A DNA stretch of 64,000 nt from assembly GCA_964016885.1 (NCBI GenBank), contig OZ024757.1, positions 7,316,001 to 7,380,000 on the forward strand. The letters run 5' to 3'. Position 1 is the first letter of the stretch. Each line of letters begins with the position of its first letter. This stretch comes from Eledone cirrhosa. Lineage: Eukaryota. The position numbers and the translations under genes are program-made. This document shows, piece after piece, positions 54,472 through 64,000 of this stretch. Below the pieces are notes generated by a model. The model was not told where the DNA came from and did not search any database. It worked only from the letters and a program-made list of their open reading frames with translations.

Positions 54472-54815
54472 GAGGCACATGGCTTAGTGGTTAGAGCATT
54501 GACGTTGAAATCGAAAGGTTGTGAGTTCAATTCTCAAACCAGGTGATGTGTTGTTTCCTTGAGCAAGACACTTTATTTCACATTGCTCCAGTTTACTCAG
54601 CTGTAGAAATGAGATGATAGGAACTGGGGTCCCTATCATTCCACTGCAAAGTGGTTGTGGAGGTGCCACAGCAAAAACGCACCCAGCACTCACTGTAAAT
54701 GAGGTTGGTGTTAGGAAGGGCATCCAGCTGCAGAAATCAAGCCAGAATCAGTTCCTCTCTCACCCTTGCAAGCAGGGAAAACGCGGACGTAAAATGATGA
54801 TGATGATGATGATGA
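54472..54815 (+). mobile_element. tRNA/CORE SINE with RTE-derived tail
   Basis: A-box TGGCTTAGTGG, B-box GAGTTCAATTC, CCTTGAGCAAGACACTT, RTE tail and (GAT)n. Confidence 0.85.
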
Positions 54816-55944
54816 TATATATATATGGACGTTAAACGATGATGATGATGATATATATATTTATATATATATATATATTTATATATATGAATATATATAT
54901 ACACTCATATGTATGTTTATATATATATATACACTCATATGTATGTTTATATATTTATATATATATATATATATACACTCATATGTATGTTTATATATAT
55001 ATATAAAGCTATATATACTCTTACATGCATACATCTGAAAATGTATATATGTATGTAAACACATACTTAAACGTACATGTACATACATATAGATGGACAG
55101 TTATACATATACAATAACTTATTTCTATACATACATATACCACAAGTAAGGCATTGTGCTGCCAACTAACCAGACCTCCCTCATAATGGACCAGCTAGAT
55201 CCCAAAATACAGGCCTGCTAGCCAACACACAGTCCCAATAAGTGTAAGTTACAGCTCAGCTATCTGGACAGACTTGTCTTAAGACTACTCATTATCCCAC
55301 TACATCTTTTGTGTACTATATCTATCTAAGGCGAGTAAAATTCCCGAGATCCATGGACGAGTTCTCTCCAGCGGTCTCTGTCCCTCATTATCGCTGCCAT
55401 ATCATGCATCTCCAACAGACCAGTGTCTGTCCTTAGGGCATCAACATATGTTAACTATATGTGTACTATATATATACTGTATATATACTGTTTATATATA
55501 TATATATATATACACACATATAATTGTGTATTCAAACATTATCCTAGTAATCAAATAATTAATAATTTTAGTGAATTGTTCAAAATTGTTCATTAACCCT
55601 TTTGGTAGAAACCCAGCCCAAACTGGTTCTCGTTCTATGGAAATGGTTCCTATCTAAATTAAAGTCTTCCAACGAAATTCTATATAACAACCATATGTTA
55701 AGTTACTATGTTAGTAATTAACTAACAACTGTGAGAGATAGCTCAAAATTATTCATAATTAATTGAAATACGAGGTTCATAATTATAATAAAATCTTCGA
55801 ATAGGCTACGAAGCCGGTAAACCGTAAAGGTATGCAACACACACACATCGCTATAGCGTTTCACCAGCCTCTTCCTTCCTCAATCATTACATAGATGTGT
55901 GTGTATGAAATAATTATTTTGTATTGTGTGTGTGTGTGTGTGTG

Positions 55945-56182
55945 TAACCCAGTAGATGTGTGTGTATGTAACCCAGTAGATGTGTGTATATAACACAGTA
56001 GATGTGTGTGTATGTAACACAGTAGATGTGTGTGTATGTAACACAGTAGATGTGCGTGTATATATAACACAGTAGATGTGTGTGTATGTAACACAGTAGA
56101 TGTGCGTGTATGTAACAAAATAGATGTGTGTATATATAACACAGTAGATGTGTGTGTATGTAACACAGTAGATGTATATGTA
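55945..56182. repeat. ~24-bp minisatellite
   Basis: ACACAGTAGATGTGTGTGTATGTA units with variable TG/TA content. Confidence 0.85.
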
Positions 56183-56458
56183 ACTAAAGTGTAACGTACG
56201 TTACGAATAGAAGACTAAATTTATCTTTGATGCTAGAAAAGATTTTAAATTGTCTTAACTCAGACCATAAAGGGCCGCAACACGTGGTGTCTGACACTCT
56301 TACCGGCTACATAGCCTGGGAGTCTATTTTACCGGCACCGGCTACATAGCTTCTTCCTAAAATCTTCCAACTGTTAAGTTACTAATAAAATAATTAATAA
56401 TTAAAAACTTTAGTAAATCCTTCCAATGATATCTCAGTAATGAAATAATTAATAATTG

Positions 56459-57037
56459 GGCACTGTCGTGGTATTAGCTGTCAGAAAGAAGGTGACGTCA
56501 TTCGTCAACCTTCTCAATCCTTTATTTCCGTATCATCACGCGTTTATTTACGATTATGATTTTATTTATGGGGACCAAATAACCCCGTAATTTTCGCGAG
56601 AAACAATAATATACAATCTTATTTAACATGTGCATTAAAAACTACACTAGCTGTTACAATTGTAATTAACGTGTAAGAACTTAAATGAAAATATAGGTGG
56701 CCCTTAAAAGGGCCGGTGTTGAACTTAAATTTGTTTTCTAATTTGATAACCATGACTTGTTTCAACACTGGCCCTTTTGAGGGCCACCTATATTTTTATT
56801 TAAGTTCTGACACGTTAATTACAATTGTAACAGCTCGTGTAATTTTTAATGCACATGTTAAATAAGATTGTATATTATCGTTTCTCTCGAAAATTACGGG
56901 GTTATTTGGTACCCATAAATAAAATCCTAAACATAAATAAAGGGAATAGTGATACGGAAATAAAGGATTGAGAAGGTTGACGAATGACGTCACCTTCTTC
57001 TACTTTCACTTCTGACAGCTAATACCATGACAGTGCC
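56459..57037. mobile_element. MITE with long inverted arms and 8-bp TSD (Merlin/IS1595-like termini)
   Basis: Termini GGCACTGTC...GACAGTGCC, perfect direct flanks AATAATTG (56451-56458 / 57038-57045), ~260-bp arms. Confidence 0.88.
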
Positions 57038-57257
57038 AATAATTGTTATAAATACCTCAAAATTCCTCATTAATTAAACCCAAGACAGGTAAAAACTCCA
57101 GAGTCTTTCAGTCGGACATGAAACAAATTAATTTCTAATGGAAGAAGAAAAGATGTTAAAGTCAGCCAAGGGAGATCACTCTCAGCGACTTATTGTAATT
57201 CTTGTTCGTGAATTAATCTGGATTAAGTCATTCCGGTGTATTTTGTGTGGAGAAAAC

Positions 57258-57585
57258 CGGGTTTAGGCGTTGATAGCACGCATAACATGAACGTATGGTT
57301 CGTGAGTTCGAATCCCAGACCTGGTGACCTGTACGTTGAGGCCTTCAACAAGACACTTTATTTCTCATTGTTTTATTTCATCCAGCTGGCAAAAATAATA
57401 AGTTGTACCAGTAATTATAGTGGAAACGTTGTTACATAGAATTGTCGCACTGAATCTCCCTGAGAACAATGTCAACGGTATACGTATCAATAAAATACTC
57501 AGACACATTATAATATAAGATGGGTTCTACATGTATTTCAAAGGGAAGCCATGTCATACATCTCGCTGAATCTCCCTGAGAACTA
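57258..57585 (+). mobile_element. degenerate tRNA/CORE SINE
   Basis: B-box GAGTTCGAATCCC, CAAGACACTTTATTT and a duplicated CTGAATCTCCCTGAGAAC. Confidence 0.6.
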
Positions 57586-57594
57586 CGTATATAC

Positions 57595-60500
57595 TAGTGA
57601 CAATCAGACATAGTGTATCTAGGACTACATTATATAATGTACAGTATAGTGGCTATCAGACATAGTGTACGTAGGACTACATTATCTAATGTACAGTATA
57701 CTGGCTATCAGACATAGTGTACCTAGAACTACATTATCTAATGTACAGTATAGTAGCTATCAGACATAGTGTATCTAGGACTACATTATATAATGTACAG
57801 TATAGTGGCTATCACACATAGTGTACCTAGGACTACATTATCTAATGTACAGTATAGTGGCTATCAGACATAGTGTACCTAGGACTACATTATATAATGT
57901 ACAGTATAGTGGCTATCAGACATAGTGTATCTAGGACTACATTATCTAATGTACAGTATAGTGGCTATCAGACATAGTGTACCTAGGACTCCATTATATA
58001 ATGTACAGTATAGTGGCTATCAAACATAGTGTACCTAGGACTACATTATCTAATGTACAGTATAGTGGCTATCAGACATAGTGTACCTAGGACTACATTA
58101 GCTAATGTACAGTATAGTGGCTATCTGACATAGTGTACCTAGGACTACATTAGCTAATGCACAGTATAGTGTCTATCAGACATGGTGTATCTAGGACTAC
58201 ATTATCTAATGTACAGTATAGTGGCTATCAGACATAGTGTATCTAGGACTACATTATCTAATCTACAGTATAGTGGCTATCAGACATAGTGTACCTAGGA
58301 CTACATTATCTAATGTACAGTATAGTGGCTATCAGACATAGTGTATCTAGGACTACATTATCTAATCTACAGTATAGTGGCTATCAGACATAGTGTACCT
58401 AGGACTACATTATCTAATGTACAGTATAGTGACTATCAGACATAGTGTATCTAAGACTACATTATCTAATGTACAGTATAGTGGCTATCAGACGTAGTGT
58501 ACCTAGGACTACATTATCTAATCTACAGTATAGTGGCTATCAGACATAGTGTATCTAAGACTACATTATCTAATGTACAGTATAGTGGCTATCAGACATA
58601 GTGTATCTAGGATTACATTATATAATGTACAGTATAGTGGCTATCAGACATAGTGTATCTAAGACTACATTATCTAATGTACAGTATAGTGGCAATCAGA
58701 CGTAGTGTACCTAGGACTACATTATCTAATCTACAGTATAGTGGCTATCAGACATAGTGTATCTAAGACTACATTATCTAATGTACAGTATAGTGGCTAT
58801 CAAACATAGTGTACCTAGGACTACATTATCTAATGTACAGTATAGTGGCTATCAGATATAGTGTACCTAGACTACATTATGTAATGTACAGTATAGTGGC
58901 TATCAGACATAGTGTACCTAGGACTACATTATCTAATGTACAGTATAGTGGCTATCAGACATAGTGTATCTAGGACTACATTATCTAATGTACAGTATAG
59001 TGTCTATCAGACATAGTGTATCTAGGACTACATTATCTAATGTACAGTATAGTGGCTATCAGACATAGTGTACCTAGGACTACATTATCTAATGTACAGT
59101 ATAGTGGCTATCAGATATAGTGTACCTAGGACTACATTATCTAATGTACAGTATACTGGCTATCAGACATAGTGTACCTAAGACTACATTATCTAATGTA
59201 CAGTATACTGGCTATCAGACATAGTGTACCTAGGACTACATTATCTAATGTACAGTATAGTAGCTATCAGACATAGTGTATCTAGGACTACATTGTATAA
59301 TGTACAGTATAGTGGCTATCAGACATAGTGTATCTAGGACTACATTATCTAATGTACAGTATAGTGGCTATCAGACATAGTGTACCTAGGACTACATTGT
59401 ATAATGTACAGTATAGTGGCTATCAGACATAGTGTATCTAGGACTACATTATCTAATGTACAGTATAGTGGCTATCAGACATAGTGTATCTAGGACTACA
59501 TTATCTAATGTACAGTATAGTGGCTATCAGACATAGTGTACCTAGGACTACATTGTATAATGTACAGTATAGTGGCTATCAGACATAGTGTATCTAGGAC
59601 TACATTATCTAATGTACAGTATAGTGGCTATCAGACATAGTGTACCTAGGACTACATTATCTAATGTACAGTATAGTGGCTATCAGACATAGTGTACTTA
59701 GGACTACATTATCTAATGTACAGTATAGTAGCTATCAGACATAGTGTACTTAGGACTACATTATCTAATGTACAGTATAGTGTCTATCAGACATAGTGTA
59801 CCTAGGACTACATTATATAATGTACAGTATAGTGGCTATCAGACATAGTGTACCTAGGACTACATTATCTAATGTACAGTATAGTGGCTATCAGACATAG
59901 TGTATCTAGGACTACATTATCTAATGTACAGTATAGTGGCTATCAGATATAGTGTATCTAGGACTACATTATCTAATGTACAGTATAGTGTCTATCAGAT
60001 ATAGTGTACCTAGGACTACATTGTATAATGTACAGTATAGTGGCTATCAGACATAGTGTACCTAGGACTCCATTATATAATGTACAGTATAGTGGCTATC
60101 AAACATAGTGTACCTAGGACTACATTATCTAATGTACAGTATAGTGGCTATCAGACATAGTGTACCTAGGACTACATTAGCTAATGTACAGTATAGTGGC
60201 TATCTGACATAGTGTACCTAGGACTACATTAGCTAATGCACAGTATAGTGTCTATCAGACATGGTGTATCTAGGACTACATTATCTAATGTACAGTATAG
60301 TGGCTATCAGACATAGTGTATCTAGGACTACATTATCTAATCTACAGTATAGTGGCTATCAGACATAGTGTACCTAGGACTACATTATCTAATGTACAGT
60401 ATAGTGGCTATCAGACATAGTGTATCTAGGACTACATTATCTAATCTACAGTATAGTGGCTATCAGACATAGTGTACCTAGGACTACATTATCTAATGTA

Positions 60501-63500
60501 CAGTATAGTGACTATCAGACATAGTGTATCTAAGACTACATTATCTAATGTACAGTATAGTGGCTATCAGACGTAGTGTACCTAGGACTACATTATCTAA
60601 TCTACAGTATAGTGGCTATCAGACATAGTGTATCTAAGACTACATTATCTAATGTACAGTATAGTGGCTATCAGACATAGTGTATCTAGGATTACATTAT
60701 ATAATGTACAGTATAGTGGCTATCAGACATAGTGTATCTAAGACTACATTATCTAATGTACAGTATAGTGGCAATCAGACGTAGTGTACCTAGGACTACA
60801 TTATCTAATCTACAGTATAGTGGCTATCAGACATAGTGTATCTAAGACTACATTATCTAATGTACAGTATAGTGGCTATCAAACATAGTGTACCTAGGAC
60901 TACATTATCTAATGTACAGTATAGTGGCTATCAGACATAGTGTACCTAGGACTACATTATATAATGTACAGTATAGTGGCTATCAGATATAGTGTATCTA
61001 GGACTACATTATCTAATGTACAGTATAGTGGCTATCAGACATAGTGTATCTAGGACTACATTATCTAATGTACAGTATAGTGGCTATCAGATATAGTGTA
61101 CCTAGACTACATTATGTAATGTACAGTATAGTGGCTATCAGACATAGTGTACCTAGGACTACATTATCTAATGTACAGTATAGTGGCTATCAGATATAGT
61201 GTACCTAGACTACATTATGTAATGTACAGTATAGTGGCTATCAGATATAGTGTACATAGACTACATTATGTAATGTACAGTATAGTGTCTATCAGACAGA
61301 GTGTACCTAGGACTACATTATCTAATGTACAGTATAGTGGCTATCAGACATAGTGTACCTAGGACTACATTATCTAATGTACAGTATAGTGGCTATCAGA
61401 CATAGTGTACCTAGGACTACATTATCTAATGTACAGTATAGTGGCTATCAGATATAGTGTACCTAGGACTACATTATCTAATGTACAGTATACTGGCTAT
61501 CAGACATAGTGTACCTAAGACTACATTATCTAATGTACAGTATACTGGCTATCAGACATAGTGTACCTAGGACTACATTATCTAATGTACAGTATAGTAG
61601 CTATCAGACATAGTGTATCTAGGACTACATTGTATAATGTACAGTATAGTGGCTATCAGACATAGTGTATCTAGGACTACATTATCTAATGTACAGTATA
61701 GTGGCTATCAGACATAGTGTACCTAGGACTACATTGTATAATGTACAGTATAGTGGCTATCAGACATAGTGTATCTAGGACTACATTATCTAATGTACAG
61801 TATAGTGGCTATCAGACATAGTGTATCTAGGACTACATTATCTAATGTACAGTATAGTGGCTATCAGACATAGTGTACCTAGGACTACATTGTATAATGT
61901 ACAGTATAGTGGCTATCAGACATAGTGTATCTAGGACTACATTATCTAATGTACAGTATAGTGGCTATCAGACATAGTGTACCTAGGACTACATTATCTA
62001 ATGTACAGTATAGTGGCTATCAGACATAGTGTACTTAGGACTACATTATCTAATGTACAGTATAGTAGCTATCAGACATAGTGTACTTAGGACTACATTA
62101 TCTAATGTACAGTATAGTGTCTATCAGACATAGTGTACCTAGGACTACATTATATAATGTACAGTATAGTGGCTATCAGACATAGTGTACCTAGGACTAC
62201 ATTATCTAATGTACAGTATAGTGGCTATCAGACATAGTGTATCTAAGACTACATTATCTAATGTACAGTATAGTGGCTATCAGACGTAGTGTACCTAGGA
62301 CTACATTATCTAATCTACAGTATAGTGGCTATCAGACATAGTGTATCTAAGACTACATTATCTAATGTACAGTATAGTGGCAATCAGATGTAGTGTACCT
62401 AGGACTACATTATCTAATCTACAGTATAGTGGCTATCAGACATAGTGTATCTAAGACTACATTATCTAATGTACAGTATAGTGGCAATCAGATGTAGTGT
62501 ACCTAGGACTACATTATCTAATCTACAGTATAGTGGCTATCAGACATAGTGTATCTAAGACTACATTATCTAATGTACAGTATAGTGGCTATCAAACATA
62601 GTGTACCTAGGACTACATTATCTAATGTACAGTATAGTGGCTATCAGATATAGTGTACATAGACTACATTATGTAATGTACAGTATAGTGTCTATCAGAC
62701 AGAGTGTACCTAGGACTACATTATCTAATGTACAGTATAGTGGCTATCAGACATAGTGTATCTAGGACTACATTATCTAATGTACAGTATAGTGTCTATC
62801 AGACATAGTGTATCTAGGACTACATTATCTAATGTACAGTATAGTGGCTATCAGACATAGTGTACCTAGGACTACATTATCTAATGTACAGTATAGTGGC
62901 TATCAGATATAGTGTACCTAGGACTACATTATCTAATGTACAGTATACTGGCTATCAGACATAGTGTACCTAAGACTACATTATCTAATGTACAGTATAC
63001 TGGCTATCAGACATAGTGTACCTAGGACTACATTATCTAATGTACAGTATAGTAGCTATCAGACATAGTGTATCTAGGACTACATTGTATAATGTACAGT
63101 ATAGTGGCTATCAGACATAGTGTATCTAGGACTACATTATCTAATGTACAGTATAGTGGCTATCAGACATAGTGTACCTAGGACTACATTGTATAATGTA
63201 CAGTATAGTGGCTATCAGACATAGTGTATCTAGGACTACATTATCTAATGTACAGTATAGTGGCTATCAGACATAGTGTATCTAGGACTACATTATCTAA
63301 TGTACAGTATAGTGGCTATCAGACATAGTGTACCTAGGACTACATTGTATAATGTACAGTATAGTGGCTATCAGACATAGTGTATCTAGGACTACATTAT
63401 CTAATGTACAGTATAGTGGCTATCAGACATAGTGTACCTAGGACTACATTATCCAATGTACAGTATAGTGGCTATCAGACATAGTGTACTTAGGACTACA

Positions 63501-63996
63501 TTATCTAATGTACAGTATAGTAGCTATCAGACATAGTGTACTTAGGACTACATTATCTAATGTACAGTATAGTGTCTATCAGACATAGTGTACCTAGGAC
63601 TACATTATATAATGTACAGTATAGTGGCTATCAGACATAGTGTACCTAGGACTACATTATCTAATGTACAGTATAGTGGCTATCAGACATAGTGTATCTA
63701 GGACTACATTATCTAATGTACAGTATAGTGGCTATCAGATATAGTGTATCTAGGACTACATTATCTAATGTACAGTATAGTGTCTATCAGATATAGTGTA
63801 CCTAGGACTACATTATCTAATGTACAGTATAGTGGCTATCAGACATAGTGTACCTAGGACTACATTATCTAATGTACAGTATAGTGGCTATGAGACATAG
63901 TGTATATAGGACTACATTATATAATGTACAGTATAGTGTCTATCAGACATAGTGTACCTCGGACTACATTATCTAATGTACAGTATAGTGGCTATA
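57595..63996. repeat. 52-bp satellite array (~120 units, runs to window end)
   Basis: Unit GACATAGTGTACCTAGGACTACATTATCTAATGTACAGTATAGTGGCTATCA, period 52 (57607 to 57659). Confidence 0.97.
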
Positions 63997-64000
63997 AAAA

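Noticed and set aside
55593-55832. piggyBac-like MITE (TTAACCCTTT start)
   Set aside because: The right terminus and TTAA TSD are not intact.
57595-63996. CRISPR-like array
   Set aside because: Contiguous 52-bp monomers with no unique spacers and no cas genes, in a eukaryotic context.

Overview
This is a eukaryotic, TE-dense, AT-rich window. It is most likely cephalopod (Octopus-like), inferred from the [17 protein letters not shown] zinc-finger consensus, tRNA/CORE SINEs and abundant RTE LINEs with (CAT)n tails. Two probable host genes are present. One is a 14-finger C2H2 gene (+, 18821-20044) with decayed finger repeats in its 3' region. The other is an intronless minus-strand gene made of three tandem NHL/beta-propeller-like modules (29999-32146), with one frameshift, running into an assembly gap. 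Two LINEs have intact large ORFs: a Tx1/L1-clade ORF2 (39115-42540) and a probably full-length RTE (BovB-like) element whose ORF ends in three C2H2 fingers (46189-49734). Also present are a degenerate CRE-clade RLE retrotransposon, a young non-autonomous LTR element nested in an RTE (4-bp TSD, tRNA-Trp PBS), and a Penelope GIY-YIG fragment with a minimal hammerhead ribozyme next to a 247-bp-arm palindrome. Smaller items are a DD37D (maT) transposon relic, hAT and Merlin-like MITEs, a tiny Helitron, a CR1 3' end and many RTE fragments carrying a PHD-like finger inside the RT. The window ends in more than 6.4 kb of a 52-bp satellite with higher-order structure. There is no CRISPR array or rRNA. 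All calls are by eye, no database searches were run, and fragment boundaries are approximate.
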